A DNA stretch of 64,000 nucleotides from Octopus sinensis. Lineage: Eukaryota. Under the pieces are notes generated by a model. That model was not told where the DNA came from. It made no database searches and was given only the letters and a program-made list of their open reading frames with translations. Position numbers and translations under genes: made by a program. Shown here piece by piece: positions 12,261-23,134 of the stretch. The stretch is taken from contig NC_043001.1 in assembly GCF_006345805.1 (NCBI RefSeq), forward strand, positions 101,432,001 to 101,496,000, written 5' to 3'. Position 1 is the first letter of the stretch; each line of letters starts with the position of its first letter.

Positions 12261-13294
12261 GCTTAGATATCTCTATTACATTCCATTCATTCAACTCTTA
12301 GTTTCCACAGCAACCACCTACATACAGAGTGAGAGAGCTTTTCGAAAGATTTCTCCAGGATGAGGAATGCACATTTGGAATGTCAATTACCATTTTTGCA
12401 TATCAACTCATTATGTTCTGCACCACAAACAACCACAAATGCCTCAAAGTTCTTTAGTATATGTAACAGTGATTCAAATAGTGTTGTTATTTGGGGGTTA
12501 AAAATGAACTCAGAGCTGTTCTGGGCATGAAACAAAATTTAGTCTCAATTTAAAAGACCTTTCTGGGAAAAAAAAACTTCTTGTTTACACCATGTGCATA
12601 TATGTTTTGCCCAAATTTCTTTTCTCTCTTTGATTTTTGAGCATGATAGTACTTGATACGGCAGCCATTGGGTTAGTATTCACTGATTTGCCAATTATTA
12701 CCTATTTTGGATTTAATTAAAGAATTTGGAGAAAATAATTAGAGTGGCATTTGCACATCATCATGGAACCTATAAAGAAACTTACCAATCAAGAACCGAA
12801 GGGGAATAAGCCAGGAGTTGATCATTAATGGTTCCATTAGTGATGTGGGTCTTACAAAACCTTTGGAATTGGTTGAGCATTTTCTTCAAACATTTTTCTG
12901 AAGCAATATTTTTCAAGATGAAAGACAAGGCCACAAGGCACACATGTAAACAGGGGAACACCAGCTTCGTTACACCAATGGAGGAGACGAATGCTTTATC
13001 TGTTGATAGTTGTGCATCTTCCAAATTACAGAAAATACTGCAACATATATTCATCTCTGAGACAAGAAATCAATGCTCAGAAATCAATATCTTGCAAATA
13101 TAAACACCTACATCCAATCACCTTACCTGCATTTATCCTACCTGCATCAATGAAAGCAACATGTCAACAGGTAAAGATCAACAACAATGGAATCAAATCA
13201 CATTCACAATGTATGTCAGAAATGATTGCATCATTTCTCCAAGTTATATCCAAATTCCTGCAACAGTTATATTTTCAAAAGTCTTTCTTTTATC

Positions 13295-13450
13295 ACAGGC
13301 GTGGCTGTATGGCAAGAAGTTTGCTTCCCAACCACATGGTTCCAGGTTCAATCCCATTGTGTGCATCTTGGGCAAGTGTCTTTTACTATAGCCTCAGGCT
13401 GATCACAGCCTTATCATTGGATTTGGTAGGCAGAAATTAAAAGAATCCCA
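13295..13450 (+). mobile_element. tRNA-derived SINE (GGAAACTGAAAGAAGCC family)
   Basis: Homologous to 6743-6900. Confidence 0.75.
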
Positions 13451-13452
13451 TT

Positions 13453-13640
13453 ATCATCATCATCAGCATTATCATCGTTTAACACCTGCTTTCCATGTTG
13501 GCATGGGTTGGACGGTTTGTTTGAGACCTGGAAAGCCAAGAGGCTGCACCAGGCTCCAATCTGATCTGGCAAAATTTCTACAGCTGGATGCCCTTCCTAA
13601 TGCCAACCACTCCAAGAGTATAGTAGATGCTTTTTACATG
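13453..13640 (-). mobile_element. RTE LINE 3' UTR copy
   Basis: Same tail motifs in reverse orientation. Confidence 0.8.
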
Positions 13641-13657
13641 ATCAAGGTGATATATAC

Positions 13658-13746
<89 letters not shown>

Positions 13747-13914
13747 AGATATCTGTGTGTGTGTGCGTGTGCATGTGTACACGTGTGTGTGTGTTTCTTT
13801 CTGTGTTTGTTCCCCATTACGGCTTGAAAAGTGGTGTTTGTGTGTTTATGTCCCCATAATTTAGTGATTCAGCAAAAAAGACTGACAGAATAAATAACAT
13901 ATTGTAACAACTCC

Positions 13915-14650
13915 CAATGAAAATGATTGGCTCAGAGGTGGGAGTCAAGGATAAATCAAACCCAGTTAACACAGAGATGACCATGGACATAACTATGGCT
14001 ATTCCTTTGAACAACAAATGAAGGGCAAACAACTTTGGATACAAAAGCTGTGCTGTAGGACCTTTGCAACCAAGACAGGCTTGAAGATACATCAGGGAAA
14101 GACTCGCAAGAAGAGGACAGAGCAGTGTGGATCATCTGATTGTAAAACACATGGCAAACAATCCCCAGACTCAAACCACAGCAGATTGATAAATGCTACA
14201 GCAAAGACTTTTTCTGAACAGGAAACTGCAAGTTATGAGACTGGTGCATCAGATAGTACTCGGAGGAAACCAAAGGTTCTGTGGCCTGCTGCTAATGAGA
14301 AAGGAAGAAATGAAGAGTTTGAGAACAAGGTATGTCATGCTCTTTTAGAAAATGACAGGAACTACAGTGGAAAAACTGGAAAAGTTAGCAAGCTCAATAT
14401 ATGACACAGGAAAGGCCCAACTCATCATAAAGCAAGTACCACTATGAGTGATATCCAAACTACAGTGGAAAAGGTCAGCCGCTGGATTTGGTTGAAAAGA
14501 GATGATGAGCAATGGCTAGAAGAATATTCAGCTATATTTAATAACCTGTTGATCGAGCAAACTGGGTCTCATTTCAGTGACAGGTGCTGGCATGCAATGA
14601 TGCCATCAAGAGGTAGGCCCTGAAATGGCGTGCATTCTCTACTGATGACC
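13915..14650 (+). mobile_element. HERO-type (RLE non-LTR) retrotransposon, internally deleted
   Basis: N-terminal C..TFATKTGLKIHQGK, RKPKVLWPAAN and EKLEKLASSIYDTG join within ~30 nt to C-terminal TVEKVSRWIWLKRDDEQW; 3' UTR ends near ACTGATGACCCC. Confidence 0.7.
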
Positions 14651-14884
14651 CCATACATTTTCTGGCTTCTTGTATGCAGAGCTTTCAACTGGTAGCACTT
14701 GCATGTGCAAGTTGTTTGCAAAATGTCTGTTCCGTTCACTTCTAGACTGTTTATACCTTACCGTTTCCATATTGTACTGAGTTTCTTCAATGGATTTTGG
14801 TTTCTTCAGCCACGAGAGAATGGTTCACTGGATGGCACCGTTCTTAGGACCAAATAAAAAACAGGATGACCATGATTATTAGTA

Positions 14885-15110
14885 ATAATCCTTTCTACTA
14901 TAGACACAAGGCCTGAAATTTTGCAGGGGAAGGCTTGGTCAGTTATATCAACCCCACCACTCAACCAGTACTTATTTTATTGCCCCCCCCTCCCCCCAAG
15001 AATTAAAGGCAAAGATGACCTCACCAGAATTTGAACTCAGACTGTAAAGATGAAAAAATACCATTATGCATTTCGTCCACCATCCTGTATTGATTCAACC
15101 AGCTTTGATA
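14885..15110 (-). mobile_element. tRNA-derived SINE (Nin-like family)
   Basis: Reverse complement of ...TCTGAGTTCAAATTCTGGTGAGGTC...AAGTACTGG...GGGCCTTGTG. Confidence 0.65.
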
Positions 15111-15354
15111 AAGGTAACAATAGCAAGCTGATTGACATTTGCAGTTGAAAAATGCATCATAGTGACTAAAGATTGATCTTATCGAATGATGTGTCATGTA
15201 ACTTATATTCCCACTAATAAGATGAATTATAAGCTTATTGCAGATAATTAATTGCAAACCTCATTACACACACACACACGTACACATATGTGTGCATATA
15301 CGCATGCAGAACTCCCCTATTCATTTTCCCATTAAAGTGAATATTGAACTGATG

Positions 15355-15600
15355 TAAAAAGGTGTTAAGAATTCCTCAGTCATGTATCCTTAACATAATT
15401 CTCAAGTAGAGAATCAGATTGATATAATGTTTCAAGGCTGGACGTTTGAATTACTGGTAGAGTCCATCGAGAGGGCTTCTCCATCGTGCCACAACTATTA
15501 GGAATGCTATTTTTAGAAATCTCTCTTCTTCTCTTCTTCTCCCCCGCCCCCATCACAAAGTATTCTGATTCTTTTTGTTCTCTTTTCGTTTCCTCTTTTT
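15355..15600. mobile_element. Interspersed repeat fragment, unclassified
   Basis: GGTGTTAAGAATTCCTCAGTCA...CATCGTGCCACAAC recalled as a cephalopod dispersed repeat; single copy in the window. Confidence 0.3.
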
Positions 15601-16325
15601 CTAACCAGCAACAACAAAGTTTTATATTAGAAACAGTTTAGCTCATACGCATGGTGATGTATTCTCTCTCTCTATATATATATATGTGTGTAGATATCTA
15701 AGTATACTTTAGTAAATTTATTCATTTGCCTGCATATGTATGTATCAGTTTTTGTACATGTTAGCATACATATGTATGTATGTTTTTAGTGGGTGCATGT
15801 ATAAATGGATGCATGTGTGCATTTGTATGTGAATATCGTGTGTCTATATCTATATTTTATGCTTTTATATTATCTGTAAGTGAATATTTTATTATAAACA
15901 GATTCACATTTTAATTAAACTTTTTTAATATTAATTAATTTACCGTGGGCATGTATGTTTTGCCTTCTAAACTAAAATTTATTTTTGATATTTTTTCAAT
16001 TTTACACAATAAAATATTTAATTTTACATCATCATTCTTAAAAAAGCCTTTAGTTGAAGCAACCAAGGAAAATAAAACCAAATTTAAATGTGTATCTGTC
16101 AATGCAAATTGTACAATAGATTTATACATGTAACCTTAATTCTTGTCCCATTCTTAATCACAACTCTTTGACAAATGGGAACATGAAACATTGAGTAGCA
16201 GTTTTTTGTGATACTTTCGAGATGTTTTTTCAGCTTTAATGATAAAGCATAAAAACTCTAACTCCAGTATTTGAGTACCAATCTTTCCCACCTTGTTTCA
16301 CTTTTATGTGCTTAAACTGGTATAC

Positions 16326-16377
<52 letters not shown>

Positions 16378-16381
<4 letters not shown>

Positions 16382-16802
16382 CATTATCATCATCATTTAA
16401 CGACTGTTTTCCAAGCTGGCATGGGTTGGACAGTTTGACAGGAGCTGACCAGCTGAAGGGCTGTTCAGGCTCCATGTCAGTTTTGGCATGGTTTCTATGG
16501 CTGGATGCCCTTCCTAATGTCAACCACTTTACAGGGTGTACTGGGTGCTTTTACACATCATTGGTATGGGTGTTTTTATGTATCATTGGCATGGGTACTT
16601 TTAACGTGACCCCACCACCTACAAGTCCACAAGATTAGGGATTCCCAGCTGAAGAGAGGTGCAAGGGATAAGGTTGTGTGCAATGGCTACAAAGAGCTTT
16701 TACTTAACTTGACATGTCTTTTCAAGCACAGCAAAGTACCAAGAGACTTGGTCCCCTGTCATCCGTTCTGTGAGTCCCAACGTTTGCAGATCCTTTCTTG
16801 CC
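16378..16802 (-). mobile_element. RTE LINE 3' end (ORF end + UTR + tail)
   Basis: 16700-16800 is the reverse complement of the RTE C-terminal DL..LGLT..MT..R.LW...LEKT region; the tail follows to 16378. Confidence 0.7.
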
Positions 16803-16804
16803 AT

Positions 16805-16934
16805 GTATTATCATCATCATCATCACCATTATTTAACATCCACTCTCCATGCTGTCATGGGTTAGATGGTTTGACTGAGGCTGATGAGTCAGAGAGCTGC
16901 ACCAGGCTCAGTCTGATTTAGCATGGCTTCTACA
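16805..16934 (-). mobile_element. RTE LINE 3' UTR fragment
   Basis: (CAT)n ATTTAACATCCACTCTCCATGC...TTCTACAGCTG. Confidence 0.7.
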
Positions 16935-17565
16935 GCTGAGGACAGCCGTGTAAAGAAGTGCCAGTCCCTAACTGTGGAGGGAACCTGTGGTAGAGGTAGG
17001 CCCAGGAAGACATGGGATGACGTGGGGAAGCAAGATCTTTGGGCCTCACAGACGCAATGACTGTTCGCCAAGATCTTTGGAGATATGCTGTGCTTGAGAT
17101 GACCCATCAAGCCAAGTAAAATCGAAGTCGTGACAGATACCAATGTTAAATAAATGGCACCAATGCTGGTGGTACGTAAAAGCACATTCTGAGTGTTGGG
17201 CCTCATGGAGGCAAGGACTAAGACCATTTGGCATTATGCTGGGCATCAAGTGTTGGGCCCCATGGAGGCAATGACCAAGTCCATTTGGCATTATGCTATG
17301 CTTCAGAAGACCCATTAAGCCAAGGGAAACTGTAGTCAGGGCAGATACCAGTGTCACACAAACAGCACCAATGCTGGTGGCACACAAAAGCACTCATTAC
17401 ACTATCGGAGTGGTTGGCATTAGGAAGGGCATCCAGCTGTAGAAACATTGCCAGTTCAGACTGGAGTCTGTTGCAGCCTTCCAGCTTGCCAGCACTGGTC
17501 AAACTATCTAACCCATGCCAGCATGGACAACGAACATCAAATGATGATGATGATGATAATGATAA
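16935..17565 (+). mobile_element. RTE LINE 3' end: ORF C-terminus, 3' UTR with ~57-bp internal tandem duplication, (GAT)n tail
   Basis: EDSRVKKCQSLTVEGTCGRGRPRKTWDDV ... DLWRYAVLEMTHQAK* followed by the common tail. Confidence 0.9.
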
Positions 17566-17629
17566 TATCCTTCCTAATGCCAACCAGGAGTATAATGGGT
17601 GCTGTTATATGCCATTTACATACATACAT

Positions 17630-17746
17630 ATATAAGAGTGTAGGCTCGAAATGTAAAAGACTTTCTCACTTCCCAAGCATTAAATTAACACATCTGTTCG
17701 TTGTTTACACATCTGTCTTCGTCTTTTGTATTTTTTTATAAATTCT

Positions 17747-17752
<6 letters not shown>
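17630..17752 (+). mobile_element. (TA)n-flanked non-autonomous element beginning with the 3' half of a hammerhead-like motif
   Basis: GGCTC-GAAA-TG-TA-AAAGAC at 17643-17661, then pyrimidine-rich tail into (TA)n. Confidence 0.45.
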
Positions 17753-17796
<44 letters not shown>

Positions 17797-17799
17797 TAT

Positions 17800-17900
17800 A
17801 ATTATTAGAGAGTTATCCCACTATGTGGATAACTCTAGTGCTAAAAATAGCTCCGAAGCAACCACAGAAGATCTGTTTCCAACTAGAATCAACATACATT
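17800..17900. mobile_element. Fragment related to the terminal segment of the 28883-29924 element
   Basis: ACTCTAGTGCTAAAAATAGCTCCG versus ACTCTAGCGCTAAAAATAGATCCG; terminal hairpin at 17809-17836. Confidence 0.65.
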
Positions 17901-18199
17901 TAGCGAAACACAGATGCACACGCACACACACACACACATATACATGTGTAGATATGTATTACATATGTATGTATGCATGATATTAATAGCGTTGTATGAA
18001 ATTAAGTTAATCTGTAAAATGCCCAGCATTTTTAGTCAAAACATGACAGGCAACAAGGGTTGGGCATTTTATTGACAAATTGAATTCTGTGAAACCTAAA
18101 CATCTGTAATACACATCAGGGATGAGAAAATTTTGTAAGCAAATTGCTATTGAAATCTTAAAGAAACCATTCTGATGACCATTGCATGATTTTAGTCTC

Positions 18200-18700
18200 C
18201 TAATCATGACAGCTGTCTGAATGGAATCGACATTTAGAATTGCATAAAACATTTTTCCTGGCACAAAAACATTTCTTCGTTTGACACATGCACCTAATAA
18301 TTCTTTGCCCAGTTTCCCGATCCTCTCGTGTTGTAACTGACCTGAATAGGATTTGTTTATTCATCCACATATCTTCCATTCCCAATAAAGCTTTCTTACA
18401 CATCACACGGTGTTATCTAAGATAAAAGCAATTTTACTACCCCTTTGTATGTGATGCCCATCTGATACAAATTGTCCGGGACATCCATGATGACAACCAA
18501 AACATTACAAGTGCTTCAACATCCTTTGGTACACACTGGAAATCCAAACTGTGGCATTGAACGAACTTAGTTGTTGCGAACGTACTGGCAAATTTTGATT
18601 GTTTACAGTTCAGGATTATTTTCAGCATTTTCTTGGTTAGTTGAGAATATTTCAGCCATTTTGCTTGATACAAACTTCATAACCTTCAGTATTCCTGTGA
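18200..18700 (-). mobile_element. Decayed C-terminus of a Ginger/KRBA2-like integrase-type transposase
   Basis: NVLVVIMDVPDNLYQMGITYKG followed by GQRIIRCMCQTKKCFCARKNVLCNSKCRFHSDSC, the Cys-rich CxC..CxC..CNSKC tail of that family; frameshifts present. Confidence 0.65.
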
Positions 18701-18744
18701 AATGTGAGCTAATACTTTAGTTCCACATAAGGTTAGTAATCAAT

Positions 18745-18960
18745 ATGTGTGTGTATATGTGTGTATGTGTATGTACATGTGCATGTATATATGTGAGTGC
18801 GTTTGTGTGTATGTATATATATGTGTACATGTGAGTGTGTATGGGTATTGTATATATGTGTGTACATGTGTGTGAGTGTGCATGTGTGTACATGTTTGTG
18901 TGTGTGTGAGCATGTGTGCAAATATATGTCCACATGTGTGTATGAATGTACACATATATC
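18745..18960. repeat. Degenerate (TG/TA) compound microsatellite
   Basis: Direct reading. Confidence 0.85.
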
Positions 18961-19270
18961 AAAAATCATGCACTTGAGACATTGTTTTACCCCTGCTGAG
19001 GAAAGATCTTCTCCTAATCTTTTCATAATTCTTATTTTTGGAAGCCAGATCTCCAATTTTATTAAACTTCTATCCAATTCCCTCTTTCATCTTGTTCCCA
19101 AATATCTTGTATTTCTTCTGAAGTCTCTCAGAATCTAGTCTATAAGGTTTTTGTATTCTCCATCCGCCAGATGCCTTTCATTTCCTGGTTAAATACAGCC
19201 TGACCACATTACAATAACTTTATGAACCTTGCAATGACATTTAGTTCTTTTCCTTCAGTCAATATCCAGA

Positions 19271-19450
19271 TTTGGAGTAAAGATTGTTTGCCAACATAAC
19301 ATAGCAGTCCTGGTTTAGGATGAATGTTGCTGTAATTTAGCCCCAGGAGACATCATCTCTGGAAACAATGTCTCCTGGAGCTAAATCACAGCAACATTCG
19401 TCCAAAACTAGGACTGCCATGTTATGTTGGCAAACAATCTTTACTCCAAA
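19271..19450. repeat. Fold-back: ~83-bp inverted arms with 14-nt loop
   Basis: TTTGGAGTAAAGATTGTTTGCCAACATAAC...CAGGAGACAT / ATGTCTCCTG...GTTATGTTGGCAAACAATCTTTACTCCAAA. Confidence 0.9.
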
Positions 19451-20869
19451 ATACTGTTGCTGAATATCTCTCATTGTGAGATTTAAAAATAGTAATTTTC
19501 TGATATCCATTTTGCTTTACATTTTCCCCATAGTATACCAAGCACATTACATTCAAGAGTGCATACACCTGCTTTTGTCAAGCATCAATGAAATTCTATA
19601 TTTATGTGTTTATATGGTCCCAAGTTGGCAAAAGCAGCTACAGCAGTTTACCGTTTCAAGAGATGTCTTCAAATTTGACATCAAGAAACTTTGTCTCTTC
19701 ATTTGTTGAACATTATTTCCTTTTCTTTTTCAAATTTCCATGTTAACTCAAATCTTTATAATAATAAATAAATGCAGCATCATTAGAAATAGAGAAGTAG
19801 TTAGCAAGGTGAAAGGTAGTGATTATAGAATTGTAAGAAGCAAGGTCCAAACTGACTTGTAAAAGCAAAAGACAGAAACTATTCCACTCCAAAAAAAAGA
19901 AAAAAAAGTCAATCAAGATTGCCAACAGCGAAATTGATCTTTACCAAACTAACCTTAATAATGCCAGAAATTCAGTGAAATTTAAAATTTAAGATGGTTA
20001 AAGTTTATGTTGATTGGAACATCATTTAGAGTGTCTTTGGCCATGTTCACCATATTCCCAACCATAACTTCTGTTAATTCTCTTCTGGCCTTCTTTTACA
20101 ATGAAGTCTTTCAGAATAAATACCAAATTTTTTTCTTGCAAGAATATAGAAAAAATTGGTGTGTGAGAGGTGTCAATGTTCGCAATAATGTAAAAAATAT
20201 TTAGATAAAAATATAAAAGGCAAAAAAAACTGAAAGAAACAAGTATGATTGCATCAATAAGATCAGAGAAATTATTGAATAAGCACTGTTGTGAGAGAGT
20301 ACAAAGAAAGGCTGAAGACTGGAAAATATTGGTGAGTAACAATGTAGCAATCACGTAAATTGCCTTTCTGTGAATTGCATCTAATATATCAGTCTCTGAA
20401 GGAAATCAAAACAGAAAATAAGGGTCATTAGTTTGCTGTAAGAAGTGGAAAATATCAAATGTTTTGATATCAAAGAATAAAGATCTCTCGCCAAAATATT
20501 TGATATTTTCTTCTACTTAAAGTAAAGTAACATAGCTTAATTTTTGCTTTTACATTATTGACATTTTGTGACACAGACCATCTCTAGTCATTTTAATTAT
20601 AGTGATTATTTATGAAGGAAGTACTCTGTCTTGGTAGCAACAACAATATCAAATGCAAGACACAAGCTTCTAAATATAATTGAGGAGACTTACAACAAAT
20701 TTTCAAAATAGTCTTTTACGATGGGAAGGTTACAACCACTTCTAAATTTCACTTCTTGAAACCAATTATCACTTTTATCATTGTTGTAGCTGGGATTATT
20801 TTCATTTCTCATGTTATTGTTGCTTCTAAGAAAGAAATCCATCAATAACACTTTCTTTAGCAGGTAATT

Positions 20870-21150
20870 CCACTTTCTTGTTGGAGACACTCTCAAGATT
20901 ATCCACCATCTTTCCAACAACAACCTCAGCCACTTTTTTGAATTCCTTATGTCTAACACCCATGGACATGCTTACAAAACTAGAAAACAATACAGCACCC
21001 ATGACTTTCAAAAATGCTTTTTCAGGATCACAATTGCTGAAGTATAGAATAAACCTCCCATATCAGTCATTAGATATTGAGACACTACATCCTTCAAAGT
21101 TTCCATGCCTCCTGAAATTTGCCAACAGGACGCCTGGTGTCCACCCCGAC
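20870..21150 (+). mobile_element. CR1-clade LINE 3' ORF end
   Basis: KIIHHLSNNN...SNTHGHAYKTRKQYSTHDFQKCFFRITIAEV*NKPP matches the CR1 TRGH..K..RK.FFS.RV...WN.LP motif; homologous to 41850-41955 (minus). Confidence 0.75.
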
Positions 21151-21199
21151 CCACTATTTTTAAAGGACTCATTCATTGTTCACTTCTTGTACATTATTC

Positions 21200-21372
21200 T
21201 ATGTCCTGTTGTCTGTCTTTACGTTCTGAGTTCAAATTCTGCCAAGGTTGACTTTGTCTTTCATCCTTTTGGGGGGGGTCGATAAATTAAGTACAAGTTA
21301 TGTACTGGGGTCGATTTATCGACTGGCCCCCTCCCCCTAAATTTCGGGCCTTGTACCTAGACTTGAAAAGTT
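21200..21372 (+). mobile_element. tRNA-derived SINE (Nin-like family)
   Basis: TTCTGAGTTCAAATTCTGCCAAGGTTGACTTTG...GGGGTCGATAAATTAAGTAC. Confidence 0.8.
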
Positions 21373-21604
21373 TATTCTGTGTCCTGTTCATGCACCTTTG
21401 GCTACTTTTTTCTGATGAGTTGTAGTGCACCTGACCACTGCATACAATAAGTTCATTTACACATTTCATACCAAAAGAAGAATTGCTATTAACGAGGTTT
21501 CCATCCTTTTTGTTGTCTTCTTCATCACATCTGGTCACATGATTATATAAATTCCAGTTACTGAATTTCTAATTCCTATAGTTGCACTCAGTTTGAGTTG
21601 TTGA

Positions 21605-21715
21605 GTCGTCGTCATCATCATCATCATCATCATCATTACCATCATTTAACGTCCATTGTCCATGCTGGCATGAGTGAGTCTTCATCATCATCGTTTAACG
21701 TCCGTTTTCCATGCT
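21605..21715 (-). mobile_element. Two stacked, very short RTE tail ends
   Basis: (CAT)n TTTAACGTCCATTGTCCATGC directly followed by (CAT)n CGTTTAACGTCCGTTTTCCATGC. Confidence 0.7.
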
Positions 21716-22177
21716 GTAACCTACACCAGTGTTGCATAACCAGCCCACTCAAAAGTACCTTGGATTGTAGGGTGACATGCCATGCTTGAGAAGACCTATT
21801 GAGTGAAGTACATCAAAATCAAATAAAATCACAATCAAATGGAAATTGTAGTTGCGATCCTTGTGTCAGTGGCACGTAAAAAGCACCATCCGAATGTGGC
21901 TGATGCCAGCACTGCTTTGACTGGCATCGTAAAAGCACCATCCATTTATGGTCAATGCCAGCCCCCTGTCCTGTGCCGATGGCATGTAAAAAAAGCACCC
22001 ACTAAACTCTTGGAGTGGTTGGTGTTAGGTAGGGCATCCAGCTGTAGAAACACTGCCAAATCAGATTGGGACCTGGTGCAGCCTTCTGGCTTCCCAGACC
22101 CTAATTGAACCGTCCAACTCATGCCAGCATGGAAAACGGACGTTAAACGATGATGTCGATGATGATGATGATGATGT
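21716..22177 (+). mobile_element. RTE LINE 3' end
   Basis: GCTTGAGAAGACC ORF end, UTR subunits, common tail and (GAT)n. Confidence 0.85.
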
Positions 22178-22199
22178 ATATCATGAATACAAGGATAGA

Positions 22200-22370
22200 A
22201 AGATATGAATAAATGGCTTGACTCCAGTATTTCACTGGTATTTATTCACCAACCCCTGACTAAGCTTGGGGCTGAGATCAACCAGGGTGAGATTTGAACC
22301 TTGGATGTAAAAGATATTTCTAAATACTACAAGACATCCACCTGATGTTCAACCATTTCTGTCAATTCAG
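22200..22370 (-). mobile_element. Decayed tRNA-derived SINE (Nin-like family)
   Basis: ACTGGTATTTATT...GAGATTTGAAC reverse-complement motifs. Confidence 0.45.
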
Positions 22371-22787
22371 CAAACTTTGGGTAAATGTAATATTGATTGC
22401 TAACAGAACAACAAAGCCTTAAATCTGGGGAAACAAGAACATGATTACATCAACCCATTTACCTGATTGTAATTTATTTCATTTACCTTTGAAGGAGGGG
22501 GAAAAAAATCAACCCTAGCAAGATTTGAAATCAGAGCATAAAGACTCATTACTAAAACCTACAATTTCAGACAATTCACCAAAATGTTCCTCACCAGCGC
22601 AAAAGCACTGAGTAGTTCCAATCGTGACATTCCTACATGCAAATTCTTTAAAGAATTCACGTCCAGCAAGTTATATACGATGCACTAAATGAATATTTTC
22701 AGTAATAAATTCTTTCGTTATCTAATCTCATGTCATATCTTATCAAAGAAATCAAAAGTTTTCCAGCCATGACCATCCTATCTTACG

Positions 22788-23134
22788 AGGTGGTTTGCAA
22801 CCATTTTTTAAAAATCTATGGACCCCTTTGTTTATTATTTCATTCTGTGGAACCCCCATAGCCATTCAATATTTAAAACTAGTTTTATAGAAACTTCTTT
22901 CAAAATTCCTATTTTGTTCATCCCACATTCCCTTGTGTAGGCTGAACTATGTCAGATATTAGAAAAAGAAACTGTGCCATTTCTTGCAATAAATACATCG
23001 AAAGCAAAATTATTTCACGGACCCATAAAATACTTCTGTGGATCCAATATCCAATTTACTATTTTGTCTTTGTGGACCCCCAAGAATCATATATGGATGC
23101 CAAGGAGTCAAATGGACCCAGTTGAGAACCACTA
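22788..23134. mobile_element. hAT-type MITE (decayed)
   Basis: GGTGGTTTGCAAC at left and GTTGAGAACCACTA at right resemble CAGTGGTTCTCAAC termini; subterminal GGACCC repeats; TSD not clean. Confidence 0.55.

Noticed and set aside
12782-13054. 90-aa minus-strand ORF ending at a GTAAG donor
   Set aside because: No homology recognised and no neighbouring exons found to build a gene.
20690-21285. Protein-like ORFs on both strands
   Set aside because: Explained as antisense or off-frame readings of the plus-strand CR1 3' end.
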